A stretch of DNA of 64,000 bases from the NCBI GenBank assembly GCA_963820525.1, contig CAWGAA010000001.1, positions 2,294,203 to 2,358,202 on the forward strand. The letters are read 5' to 3'. A program made the translations under genes and the position numbers. This DNA comes from an uncultured Spirochaetota bacterium. GTDB lineage: Bacteria > Spirochaetota > Spirochaetia > SZUA-6 > Fen-1364. This document shows positions 19,936 to 29,442 of this stretch, one piece after another (position 1 is the stretch's first letter; each line of letters starts with the position of its first letter). The notes beneath the pieces were generated by a model that saw nothing but the letters and a program-made list of their open reading frames with translations, made no database searches and was not told the origin of the DNA.

Positions 19936-20847
19936 ATGAGCGCGGCGAAGGACCGGCAGTCAACAAGGGCGCGCCGATGGGAAATCGCCATCGAAGCCTT
20001 CATCCGGGCCCTTGGCTTCTCCACCGTCGCCTTGGTCTGCCTTATCTTTTTGTTCCTGCTTCGCGAAGGGCTTCCCGCCTTCTTCGAGGTCGCCCCCGGA
20101 AATCTTTTTAGCTCCCACTGGTATCCCACTTTCGGCTTCTTCGGCACCCTGCCGCTCATCCTGGGCTCCATTCTCGTCACGCTGGTGGCCATCGTGATCG
20201 CGCTGCCCCTGGGGGTGGCCACCGCCGTATTCGTCCGGGAGGTGGCGCCGGGGTGGGTCCGCGAGATCCTCAAGCCGATGATCGAGATCCTGGCCGGAAT
20301 TCCCTCCGTGGTGCTGGGATTCTTCGGCATGACCATCATCGCCCCGTTCGTGCGCCAGGCCCTCGGCGCGCCCACGGGCCTTACGGCGTTCACCGGCGCC
20401 CTCGTGCTCGCCTACATGAGCCTTCCCACGATCATCAGCGTGGCCGAAGACGCGCTGGACGCGGTTCCCAAGGGCTACCGGGACGCGGGCCTGGCGATGG
20501 GAGCGACGAAGTGGCAGACGATCTGGCGGGTGGTGGTCCCCGCGGGACGCTCCGGGATCCTCACCGCCGTCATGCTCGGCATGGGGCGCGCCATCGGAGA
20601 GACCATGGCGGTGATGATGGTGACGGGAAACGCGGCGCGCATGCCCCTCGATTTTTCCTCGCTCATGGAGCCGGTGCGAACCATGACGGCCACCATCGCC
20701 GCGGAGATGGGTGAGGTGGCCCGGGGGAGCACCCACTACCACACCCTGTTCGCCATCGGAATCATCCTCTTCCTCATCACCTTCGCCACGAACCTCGCCG
20801 CCGCATCGGCGATCTTCAAGAAGCGGCGCCAGGGAGGGCTTCGCTGA
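19936..20847 (+). CDS. pstC: Phosphate ABC transporter permease PstC.
   Basis: 303 aa. Membrane EAA-like loop. Operon position. Confidence 0.85.
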   Translation: MSAAKDRQSTRARRWEIAIEAFIRALGFSTVALVCLIFLFLLREGLPAFFEVAPGNLFSSHWYPTFGFFGTLPLILGSILVTLVAIVIALPLGVATAVFVREVAPGWVREILKPMIEILAGIPSVVLGFFGMTIIAPFVRQALGAPTGLTAFTGALVLAYMSLPTIISVAEDALDAVPKGYRDAGLAMGATKWQTIWRVVVPAGRSGILTAVMLGMGRAIGETMAVMMVTGNAARMPLDFSSLMEPVRTMTATIAAEMGEVARGSTHYHTLFAIGIILFLITFATNLAAASAIFKKRRQGGLR

Positions 20848-21692
20848 TGAACCGCTACCTGGTCCAGCGCCTCGGTTTCATCCTCCTGGGCGCGATTGCC
20901 CTGATCGTGGTCATCCCCATCCTGATCGTGGTGGCAACGATCGTGGCCAAGGGCCTGGGGGCGATGAGCTGGGAGTTCCTCTCCTCCATGCCCCGGGGCG
21001 GCATGAAGGAGGGGGGCATCCTTCCCGCCATTGTCGGGACGGTCCTCCTCACCCTGGGCTGCGCGGCGGCCGCGGTGCCCGTCGGGGTTGGAGGGGCGAT
21101 CTATCTTTCCGAATACGCGCGCGACACGCGGCTCACGCGGGCGATACGCCTTGCCATCGTGAACCTGGCGGGAATCCCCTCGATCGTGTACGGGCTCTTC
21201 GGGCTGGGGATGTTCGTCCTGTTCTTCCGCTTCGGCGCCTCGATCCTTGCCGGGTCGCTGACCCTGGCGATCATGACCCTTCCGGTGATCATCTCCACGG
21301 GAGAGGAGGCGCTGCGCTCCGTGCCCGTGGAGTTTCGAACCGTGTCGGCCAGCCTCGGCGGCACGCGCTGGCAGGGCATCCAGAACATCGTGCTACCCCA
21401 GGCTCTTCCCGGAATCATCACGGGAGTGATCCTGGGGCTCCTCCGCGCCGCGGGAGAAACGGCCCCCATCCTTTTCACGGTGGCCGCCTTCTACCTTCCC
21501 CGCCTGCCCAGCTCGCCGTTCGACCAGACCATGGCCCTGCCCTATCACCTCTATGTCATCAGCACGCAGGTGCCCGGCATGCCCTCCAAGGTTCAGTACG
21601 GGACCGCCCTCGTGCTCCTGGCCTTCGTTCTCTCGCTCAACGTGGTCGCCACTCTCATCAGGAGGCATTTCCGGAGGAAGAGGCAGTGGTAG
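20847..21692 (+). CDS. pstA: Phosphate ABC transporter permease PstA.
   Basis: 281 aa, paralogous to pstC. ATGA overlap with pstC. Confidence 0.85.
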   Translation: MNRYLVQRLGFILLGAIALIVVIPILIVVATIVAKGLGAMSWEFLSSMPRGGMKEGGILPAIVGTVLLTLGCAAAAVPVGVGGAIYLSEYARDTRLTRAIRLAIVNLAGIPSIVYGLFGLGMFVLFFRFGASILAGSLTLAIMTLPVIISTGEEALRSVPVEFRTVSASLGGTRWQGIQNIVLPQALPGIITGVILGLLRAAGETAPILFTVAAFYLPRLPSSPFDQTMALPYHLYVISTQVPGMPSKVQYGTALVLLAFVLSLNVVATLIRRHFRRKRQW

Positions 21693-21703
21693 AGGGCAGA
21701 TCC

Positions 21704-22462
21704 GTGGTCAACCCCAAGATCATCATTGAAAGCCTTTCCTACTCCTATGGAGGCAAGTCCTCGCTCGAGGATATCAGCCTCTCCATCCCGGGCAAGGCGG
21801 TCACCGTCTTTTTCGGCCCGGCCGGCGGCGGAAAGACCACCCTGATGCGCCTGATCAACAGGCTCAACGACCTGGTGGGAGAAACCCGCATGACGGGAAG
21901 GATCCTCCTCGACGGTGAGGATATCTATGCGCCGAACACCGACGTGACGCGCCTGCGCCGCCTCGTGGGCATGGTCTTCGCCCTGCCCCTCCCCCTGCCC
22001 GGCACGATCCGGGAGAACGTCGTCTACGGCCCACGCCTTGCGGGAACGCGGAACAAGGCAACGCTTGAGGGAATCATCGAGCGAAGCCTCGCCCAGGCGG
22101 CACTCTGGGGCGAGGTGAAAGACCGCCTGGACAGCCCCGCTTCGAGCCTCTCCGGGGGCCAGCAGCAGAGGTTGTGCATCGCGCGCAGCCTCGCCCTGGA
22201 GCCGGAAGTGCTCCTCCTCGACGAGCCGACCTCCGGCCTGGATCCGATCTCGACGGCCAAGGTGGAAGAATCCCTCCTGGAGCTCAAGAAGAGCTACGCC
22301 ATCATCATGGTTCCCCACAGCGTCGGGCAGGCGGCCCGGATCGCGGATTACGCCGCCTTCTTCCTCATGGGCCGGCTGGTGGAGTTCGACGAGGGTCCCA
22401 CCGTCTTCACCTCTCCTCGGGAGAAGCAGACCGAGGACTACATCACGGGCAGGTTCGGGTAG
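21704..22462 (+). CDS. pstB: Phosphate ABC transporter ATP-binding protein PstB (copy 1).
   Basis: GTG start with [30 protein letters not shown]-terminal EDYITGRFG. The N-terminal part of the 583-aa track ORF is rejected. Confidence 0.85.
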   Translation: MVNPKIIIESLSYSYGGKSSLEDISLSIPGKAVTVFFGPAGGGKTTLMRLINRLNDLVGETRMTGRILLDGEDIYAPNTDVTRLRRLVGMVFALPLPLPGTIRENVVYGPRLAGTRNKATLEGIIERSLAQAALWGEVKDRLDSPASSLSGGQQQRLCIARSLALEPEVLLLDEPTSGLDPISTAKVEESLLELKKSYAIIMVPHSVGQAARIADYAAFFLMGRLVEFDEGPTVFTSPREKQTEDYITGRFG

Positions 22463-22465
22463 GCC

Positions 22466-23233
22466 ATGGGTGGAATATCGGTTGATGGGCTTTCTTTCTC
22501 CTATGGCAGCCGACTGGCGCTGTCCGACGTGCGGGTCGAGATCGGGGAGCGGAGGATCACCGCCCTGATCGGCCCGTCGGGCTGCGGCAAGTCCACGTTC
22601 CTCAGGTGCCTCAACCGGATGAACGACACGATCCCCTCTTCCCGCGTGAAGGGGAGCGTGAAGCTGGACGGCCAGGACATCTATGCTCCGGGCACCGACG
22701 TGGTGGCGCTTCGAAGGCGCGTGGGCATGGTCTTCCAGAGACCCAACCCCTTCCCCCAGTCCGTGTTCGACAACGTCGCCTTCGGCCCCCGCGTGCTGGG
22801 CACGCACAGCGGCAGGGAGCTCGCCGACGCGGTGGAGCAGAGCCTGCGGGGCGCAGACCTGTGGAACGAGGTGAAAGACTCGATGTCCCAGGACGCCCTT
22901 GCCCTATCGCTGGGCCAGCAGCAGCGGCTGTGCATCGCGCGCGTGATCGCCGTGAAGCCCGAGGTGATCCTCATGGACGAGCCCTGCTCGGCCCTCGACC
23001 CCATTGGCACGCTTCGCATCGAGGAGCTGATGCGGACCCTGGTGAACGACTACACCATCGTCATCGTGACGCACAACATGCAGCAGGCGGCGCGGGTTTC
23101 CGACTACACCGGCTTCTTCTGGCTGAACGAGGAGAGGGCGGGAATACTGGCGGAGTACGGGCCCACGGAGGAGCTTTTCACGAGCCCGCGGGACAAGCGT
23201 ACTGAAGACTACATCACCGGCCGATACGGATAA
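22466..23233 (+). CDS. pstB: Phosphate ABC transporter ATP-binding protein PstB (copy 2, tandem paralogue).
   Basis: [31 protein letters not shown]. Confidence 0.85.
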   Translation: MGGISVDGLSFSYGSRLALSDVRVEIGERRITALIGPSGCGKSTFLRCLNRMNDTIPSSRVKGSVKLDGQDIYAPGTDVVALRRRVGMVFQRPNPFPQSVFDNVAFGPRVLGTHSGRELADAVEQSLRGADLWNEVKDSMSQDALALSLGQQQRLCIARVIAVKPEVILMDEPCSALDPIGTLRIEELMRTLVNDYTIVIVTHNMQQAARVSDYTGFFWLNEERAGILAEYGPTEELFTSPRDKRTEDYITGRYG

Positions 23234-23248
23234 CAGGAGGGCATTGTC

Positions 23249-23920
23249 ATGCCACGGGAAAGATTCGAGCACGAACTGCAGCGCCTGCAGGCGGATGTCC
23301 TCGCGCTGGGACATGTGGCGCAGAAAGCGCTGGTTGATTCCGTCGAGACCCTCAGGCTGCAGGATCTGGACAAGGCCCGCGCGCTCATCGAGGGAGACCG
23401 CGCCATCAATGAGAAGCGCTTCGCACTGGAAAACGAGGTCATCACCCTGATCGCGACCCAGCAGCCGATGGCGGGAGACCTCCGCATCCTCGCCGAGGTG
23501 CTGGAGCTCGTCACCGAGATGGAGCGCATCGCGGACTACGCCAAGGGCATCGCGAACATCGCGCTCATGATCGGCAAGGAGCCCCTCCTGAAGCCCCTGG
23601 TCGACATTCCCCGCATGGCCGCCAAGGCGAGCGATATGCTGGGCCGGGCGCTGGACGCGTTCATCCGCAGGGACGTGGATCTGGCCCGCGCCATCCCCAA
23701 GGAAGACGTCGAGGTGGACGCCCTCTACGAGCAGATCTACAGGGAGCTGGTCACCTACATCATGCAAAACCCGAAGAACATCGATCAGGCCACCCGCCTC
23801 ACCTGGGTGGCCCACAACCTGGAGCGCGTTGCCGACAGGGTGGGAAACATCTGCGAAAGGGTGGTTTTCTCCGTCACGGGCAAGATCGAGGAGCTGGCGG
23901 GGCCCCCGGAGACGCAATAG
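23249..23920 (+). CDS. phoU: Phosphate signalling complex protein PhoU.
   Basis: Two PhoU repeats with E/D...R motifs. Operon position. Confidence 0.9.
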   Translation: MPRERFEHELQRLQADVLALGHVAQKALVDSVETLRLQDLDKARALIEGDRAINEKRFALENEVITLIATQQPMAGDLRILAEVLELVTEMERIADYAKGIANIALMIGKEPLLKPLVDIPRMAAKASDMLGRALDAFIRRDVDLARAIPKEDVEVDALYEQIYRELVTYIMQNPKNIDQATRLTWVAHNLERVADRVGNICERVVFSVTGKIEELAGPPETQ

Positions 23921-23974
23921 AGCTTTTACCGCCTTGCATGATATCCCCGGCGTGAGTACATTACCCTCCCGAGT

Positions 23975-25972
23975 ATGCGAAACAGGCATTCCGAGCGCCC
24001 TATCGAACGGCTGAAAGGCATCATCCTCGGAGCAGCGCGAAATCCCCAGGATCCCCAGCTCTTCCACAAGCTTTCCCTCGTCGCCTTCTTCGCATGGGTC
24101 GGGCTGGGCGCGGACGGCCTGTCCTCATCCTCCTACGGTCCCGAGGAGGCCTTCCTTGCCCTGGGCAGCCACACGTTCCTTGGACTCTTCGTGGCGCTGG
24201 CGACGGCATTGACCATCTTCATCATCGCGACGAGCTACTCTCAGATCGTCGAGCTTTTCCCCACGGGGGGCGGCGGATACCTGGTGGCGAGCAAGCTCCT
24301 CTCCCCCACTCTCGGGATGGTCTCGGGAAGCGCGCTCCTCATCGACTACCTCCTCACCATCACCCTCTCCGTCGCGAGCGGAGCCGACGCGATCTTCAGC
24401 TTCCTTCCCCTGTCCTGGCTGCGCTACAAGCTCGTCTTCGCCCTGGCAGGCGTCCTGCTCCTTACCGTGATGAACCTGCGGGGGGTCAAGGAATCCGTGG
24501 TTCCCCTTGTCCCCATCTTTCTCATCTTTCTGGCAACCCACGCCTTCGCCATCCTCTATGCCGTCGGGGCGAACCTCTCCATATTCCCCGAGGTTGCCCG
24601 CACCACCGGGGCGGAGCTGGGGCGCGCCGGCAAAGAGCTCGGCGGCCTGGGAATGATGATCCTCATCCTTCGCTCCTACAGCATGGGAGCGGGGACCTAT
24701 ACGGGAATCGAGGCCGTGAGCAATGGAATCCCCATCCTTCGCGAGCCGAAGGTGCAGACGGCAAAGAAGACCATGCGCTACATGGCCGCCTCTCTCGCCT
24801 TCACCGCCGTGGGGTTGATGCTCGGGTATCTCCTCTTCAACGTGCGTCACGTACCGGGCAGGACGCTCAATGCGGTGCTGATGGAGCGGATCGCCTCCGG
24901 CTGGGGCGTCCCCGGCTACATCTTCGCGCTGGTCACCCTCCTCTCCGAGGCCGTGCTGCTCTTCGTGGCGGCCCAGACCGGCTTCCTCGACGGGCCGCGG
25001 GTCCTGGCCAACATGTCGCTGGACCGGTGGCTGCCCCAGCAGTTCAGCCTCTTGAGCGAGCGGCTCGTGATCAAGAATGGAATCCTCCTCATGGGGGGAG
25101 CCTCCGCCCTGCTCATGCTGGCCAGCGGCGGCTCGGTTCAGCTCCTGGTCGTCTTCTACGCCATCAATGTATTCATCACGTTCTGCCTCTCACAGACCGG
25201 AATGGTCCGCCACTGGTGGAAAGAGAGAAAGAACACGCCGGGGTGGTCGCGGAAGCTCTTCATCAACGGGATCGGTCTCCTTCTCTCCGGCTTCATCCTG
25301 GTCTCCCAGATCGTGCTGAAGTTCCAGCAGGGCGGGTGGATCACCATCGCGATCACCGGCTCTCTGGTTCTGGTCGCCGTGCTTGTCAGGCGCTTCTATG
25401 CCCGCACCAACAAGAAGCTCAAGCGGCTCGACCACCTGATGGAGGCGGCCGTCGCTCCCTCGGCTTCGGAGGAGCCCGGCGCGAAAAAGAAGCCCGCCCC
25501 CCGATTCAAGCCCGAGGGGAAAACCGCCGTCATCCTGGTGTCCGGCTTCAATGGGACCGGCCTGCACACCCTCTTCAATGTCCGGCGGGTATTCGGGGAG
25601 GTGTTCAAGAATTTCGTTTTCATGCAGGCGGGGATCATCGACGCGGACCGCTTCAAAGGCGCCGAGGCCCTGGAGAAGCTCTCCAGCCACGTGCAGGAGG
25701 GGCTGGACCGCTACGTGGAGTTCCTCCGCACCCAGGGCATCCACGCCGAGGGGGTCTCCGCCCTGGGCACCGACGTGGCCGACGAGATCTGCGATCTTGC
25801 CCGAAAGATCTTCAAGAAAAACCCCAACTCCGTGTTCTTCGGCGGGCAGATCGTGTTCCCGGAAGAGACGTTCCTCTCGCGCCTGCTGTACAACTACACA
25901 TCCTTCGCCGTGCAGCGGCGCTTGCACCAGGACGGGATCCCGTTCATCATCATGCCGGTGCGGGTGAAGTAG
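23975..25972 (+). CDS. APC-superfamily permease with a ~200-aa cytoplasmic C-terminal domain.
   Basis: 12-TM-like hydropathy (GLGADGLSSSSYGPEEAF...) and a long soluble C-terminus. Substrate unknown. Confidence 0.65.
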   Translation: MRNRHSERPIERLKGIILGAARNPQDPQLFHKLSLVAFFAWVGLGADGLSSSSYGPEEAFLALGSHTFLGLFVALATALTIFIIATSYSQIVELFPTGGGGYLVASKLLSPTLGMVSGSALLIDYLLTITLSVASGADAIFSFLPLSWLRYKLVFALAGVLLLTVMNLRGVKESVVPLVPIFLIFLATHAFAILYAVGANLSIFPEVARTTGAELGRAGKELGGLGMMILILRSYSMGAGTYTGIEAVSNGIPILREPKVQTAKKTMRYMAASLAFTAVGLMLGYLLFNVRHVPGRTLNAVLMERIASGWGVPGYIFALVTLLSEAVLLFVAAQTGFLDGPRVLANMSLDRWLPQQFSLLSERLVIKNGILLMGGASALLMLASGGSVQLLVVFYAINVFITFCLSQTGMVRHWWKERKNTPGWSRKLFINGIGLLLSGFILVSQIVLKFQQGGWITIAITGSLVLVAVLVRRFYARTNKKLKRLDHLMEAAVAPSASEEPGAKKKPAPRFKPEGKTAVILVSGFNGTGLHTLFNVRRVFGEVFKNFVFMQAGIIDADRFKGAEALEKLSSHVQEGLDRYVEFLRTQGIHAEGVSALGTDVADEICDLARKIFKKNPNSVFFGGQIVFPEETFLSRLLYNYTSFAVQRRLHQDGIPFIIMPVRVK

Positions 25973-26060
25973 CGCCGGACCTTCGGGCGAACGACGATGG
26001 GCGCGAGCCGGAGAGGACGGCACGCCAGGTCCTGACCGCCGGCGAAAAAGGGGGCTAGAG

Positions 26061-26759
26061 ATGAGCACGTCTGACAATGAACGGCGCGAGCTTCTCCGGC
26101 TCTATGCTGACCTTCGGGTGGCCGACGTCCGCGACGGCATGGATTGGAACATGATGCACCGCTTCGGCTCCCTCTCCCCCGACATCAGGCCGCTTTACAG
26201 AACCCGGGCGCTGGGAATTGCGCGGACCTGTCGATACCTCCCCTATACCGGGCCGATCCCGACCATGGCACCCGAGGAATACAGGAAGTGGTCGGACTGG
26301 TACTACCAGAACGTGTGCACCTACCCCTGGATGGAAGACATCGAGGAAGGGGACTTCATCGTGATCGACCAGAGCGGAGTGGATGCGGGGCTCATCGGCT
26401 CTGCAAACGGACTTGGAGGGCGTATCCGCGGGGCGCGGGGATACGTCACGAATGGGGGCGTCCGCGATACCGACGAGCTGATAGCCGAAAAGGTCCCTTT
26501 CTGGTCCAGGATCATTTCCCAATCCATGGTGCAGGGAAGGCTCGCGTTCGACGCAAAAGACGCGCCCGTCAGCGTCGGGGGGGTCACGGTATTTCCCGGA
26601 GATGTCGTCGTGGCGGATGGCGATGGAGTGATCGTGGTGCCCCGAAAGCTCGCCGTGGATGTGGCCAGGTACGCTCATCTGGAGCTGAAAAATGACAAGG
26701 TCGAAAGACGAAGGCTGTATGAGAATGCGGGGCTTCCGCCCGACGACACCGTTGTGTAA
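26061..26759 (+). CDS. RraA-family protein (RNase E regulator / 4-hydroxy-4-methyl-2-oxoglutarate aldolase-like).
   Basis: 232 aa with GDFIVID...GGRIRGARGYVTNGGVRD...GDVVVADGDGVIVVP. Confidence 0.7.
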   Translation: MSTSDNERRELLRLYADLRVADVRDGMDWNMMHRFGSLSPDIRPLYRTRALGIARTCRYLPYTGPIPTMAPEEYRKWSDWYYQNVCTYPWMEDIEEGDFIVIDQSGVDAGLIGSANGLGGRIRGARGYVTNGGVRDTDELIAEKVPFWSRIISQSMVQGRLAFDAKDAPVSVGGVTVFPGDVVVADGDGVIVVPRKLAVDVARYAHLELKNDKVERRRLYENAGLPPDDTVV

Positions 26760-26813
26760 GCGCGCCCCCGACCTTCATTGGTGGCTATGCCTCGGCCCCC
26801 TCGCCCCGGCCGC

Positions 26814-28076
26814 CTATTGAATTTGCTTTTGCACTATCGCCGCCAGACGGGCGGCAAAAGCATCTCTTGCCTCCTTGGAGCCGAAGCCGCCGGGCGGCCA
26901 GGAAATGAAAGCTTGATGCACATCGTAGACTGCTTTGTCCGTCAGTTTAGCATCCAGCAGTGGAACGATTCGGGCTCCGCCTTCAAGAGCCCTGATGGAC
27001 TCCACCTGCACCTGAGTAGCATTTCCAGCTCCTTGAGACCCGCGTGCGTCGATCGCTGAAACTCGAAAACCATCCTCAGTCAGGCCGACGGCTCCATCTA
27101 TGATCCACGTGTCGGCAATGGCAAGGGCGGATTCGAGATTGCGGCCCGAGGCAGGGAAAACGAAGCCGCTCTCTGAGCCCAGAACCGCCTTTGGAACACG
27201 GTCTTTGCTGCTGCGCTTGATGAGCGTGAAGGACAGGTTCCCTGGATCTGTCATGGTGTTGACGGCGAAGGCTCCAATGAGGATAAAAGCGGCCCTGCCC
27301 TCCTTTACCCTGTCTAAAGCCTGGGTCCAGATAATGGATGATGCGTCAGGATTGAAGTAGCCCTTGGAAATCCATCCATCCAACTCGGCCAGGCTCGCCG
27401 TGGTTTGGGGATCCGAAAAAGAACGCTTGCCTGAAAGAAGACTCATGTATCCCTCAGGGCCATTGCGCAGCAGCTCTATCTGAAGAAGCCAATCAAGAAG
27501 ATGCCATCCATGCGAGTTGCTGAGAGCAATGGGCGCCATCCCCTTCGCCTTCAAAGCTTCGCACTCCGCAATGAAGGAATCGATATCCGTCGGGGGTTTC
27601 AGCCCGTATCGTGCCAGGACGGCGGTATTGGAAAACAAGCCCCACACATATGCGCTGGCCGGCAGGAACCAGCTCTGATCGGGATCGAAGTACTGAACGA
27701 CGCCGCGATAGACCCGTGCCGTCGAAGCCAGCCGCGCTTTATACCCCTTGAAATCGGAATAGACGGAGGACTCATGCGCCCTGTGCAGGTTTCCCGAGTA
27801 TTCCACAAGCATGAGATCCGGGGCCGCCGCAGGATCGGGAACTCCCGACCCGCCTCCCGTCTTGTTGGTGAAATTGACCGTCAGCCCGGGGAAGCCGCGT
27901 GAATCCTGCCGGATGGAATCGCGCACGGTGTCAAAACTCGTCGCCAGGGAAAGCTCCCCGGAAGCTCTCAGAGGCCGAGCCTTACAACCAGCAAATGTCA
28001 GCAGAATGCAGGCAAGCACGACGAAAGCATGCCGACTCATGCTGGCGAGGATAGCATTTCCCATTTTCGCGAACAA
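26814..28076 (-). CDS. ABC transporter substrate-binding protein (SBP family 1) lipoprotein.
   Basis: Lipobox LTFAGC. SBP-like fold features. No cognate permease in the window. Confidence 0.65.
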   Translation of the reverse strand: MFAKMGNAILASMSRHAFVVLACILLTFAGCKARPLRASGELSLATSFDTVRDSIRQDSRGFPGLTVNFTNKTGGGSGVPDPAAAPDLMLVEYSGNLHRAHESSVYSDFKGYKARLASTARVYRGVVQYFDPDQSWFLPASAYVWGLFSNTAVLARYGLKPPTDIDSFIAECEALKAKGMAPIALSNSHGWHLLDWLLQIELLRNGPEGYMSLLSGKRSFSDPQTTASLAELDGWISKGYFNPDASSIIWTQALDRVKEGRAAFILIGAFAVNTMTDPGNLSFTLIKRSSKDRVPKAVLGSESGFVFPASGRNLESALAIADTWIIDGAVGLTEDGFRVSAIDARGSQGAGNATQVQVESIRALEGGARIVPLLDAKLTDKAVYDVHQAFISWPPGGFGSKEARDAFAARLAAIVQKQIQ

Positions 28077-28152
28077 GCTTTAGCGACAGGGCTTCCCCTC
28101 TCCCTGAAAGCCCTTGTTCCTCCGCTTTGAAACGCGGTAGTATCCAAACCGC

Positions 28153-29385
28153 ATGCACTTCTCGAAACGGACCATTGCCCTTTCCATTGCGGCGGGAGTC
28201 TGCCTTGTTGTCTTCGCCATCGTGATGGCGCGCATCTTTCTTTTCGGCCCCTTCACGGTTGCCCTGTACGGCCTTGACCCCCGGGAAGCGAAGGCTGTTG
28301 AGACTGCCTGCCGCTCCTATGGCACGATGGGAAAGGGGAATGCGCCTCGGGTTGTCGCAATAGAAAAGGGCCGGTCCCTGGCTTCGGTCCTCCAGCCGCG
28401 AGCAAAACCCGACCTCATCGTGTTCGAACCGGGCGGAGAATCCACGGCCGCGGTTCGATCCTTTGTCGCCATGCCCGCGGATCGCCAGGGGCTCTTTTCC
28501 ACTACGCTTCGCTGGGCCGGCTCGTCGGGAAACACGTGGTACGCGGCCCCCCTGTTCCTCGACCACCTGGAGCTGGCCTGGAATGCAGGCGCTTTCGCCA
28601 CTGCAAAGCTTGCGGTCCCGACCGGCATTTCTGCGCTTGAAAAGGCCGGCGCTTATTTCGTGAAACGAAAGCCAACCATCCCCATCCTCATCGCCGGCGG
28701 GGAGGATGAAGTCCTCATCGACGTCGTTGGTCAGCTTCTGGCAAACAGGTACGGCGCCGCGGCCTACGATTCCCTCGCATCGCTTCTTTCCAAACAGCGG
28801 GATTTTGCCAAGGTCCTATCATCTCCCCTCGCAGCCGAGGGCTCCTCCTCCTCAGGTCCAACTACGCTCGCCGAGACACTGGGCATTTTCATTGGATGGA
28901 CGAACAAGGGATGGCTCCCCATAGATTGGCTGAGCTTCGATTCGGAAAGCTGCAAACGCCTGATTGAAAGCGGGATTGTGGCGGCAAGCATCCAACCCCT
29001 TTCGTTCCATCGCACGATAAGCTACGACGTCATCTACGGCTATAAAGCAGACAGGATGGGAATATTCAATGGAAACCCGCGCGGACCGATGACGGGCCCC
29101 CTCATCACGGCGGCAATACCGCGCGGAGCCCGCAATAGCGGCAAGGCCCGGAGGCTCCTCGATTTCCTCCTGGGAGCGGAGGGTCAAAAGGAGCTTGCGA
29201 AAGAAAGCGGCTGCGCGCCGGCGGTGCTCTCCGCGCAGGCCCCGGACATCCAGGCCTCGAGCGTTCGGGCATGGGCTGTGGCGAGCGACAGAATTCTGCA
29301 GGGACTCGACGTGGATGCCGGGGCGGATCGCGCCTGGCTTGCGCAAAACATCAGGGACTATATCTTCGCAAAGACCAGAAAATAG
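28153..29385 (+). CDS. Membrane-anchored periplasmic protein, SBP-like, function unknown.
   Basis: N-terminal TM anchor. 410 aa. Confidence 0.45.
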   Translation: MHFSKRTIALSIAAGVCLVVFAIVMARIFLFGPFTVALYGLDPREAKAVETACRSYGTMGKGNAPRVVAIEKGRSLASVLQPRAKPDLIVFEPGGESTAAVRSFVAMPADRQGLFSTTLRWAGSSGNTWYAAPLFLDHLELAWNAGAFATAKLAVPTGISALEKAGAYFVKRKPTIPILIAGGEDEVLIDVVGQLLANRYGAAAYDSLASLLSKQRDFAKVLSSPLAAEGSSSSGPTTLAETLGIFIGWTNKGWLPIDWLSFDSESCKRLIESGIVAASIQPLSFHRTISYDVIYGYKADRMGIFNGNPRGPMTGPLITAAIPRGARNSGKARRLLDFLLGAEGQKELAKESGCAPAVLSAQAPDIQASSVRAWAVASDRILQGLDVDAGADRAWLAQNIRDYIFAKTRK

Positions 29386-29395
29386 GGTCGCAAGA

Positions 29396-29429
29396 GACGA
29401 CAGCCCGGGGTGAGCCCCGGGCTGTCGTC
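29396..29429. terminator. Bidirectional intrinsic terminator hairpin between convergent genes.
   Basis: Perfect 15-bp GC-rich stem GACGACAGCCCGGGG-tgag-CCCCGGGCTGTCGTC. Confidence 0.6.
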
Positions 29430-29442
29430 CGTATCATCTCTC

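Noticed and set aside
20711-21703. N-terminal 330 aa of the 583-aa track ORF.
   Set aside because: It is an alternate frame across pstC/pstA. Only the 3' PstB portion from GTG 21704 is real.
24094-26058. 654-aa ORF and the 25190..26077 antisense ORF overlapping the APC permease.
   Set aside because: They are alternate or antisense frames of a gene with clear 12-TM hydropathy, and have Arg/Gly-rich artefactual translations.
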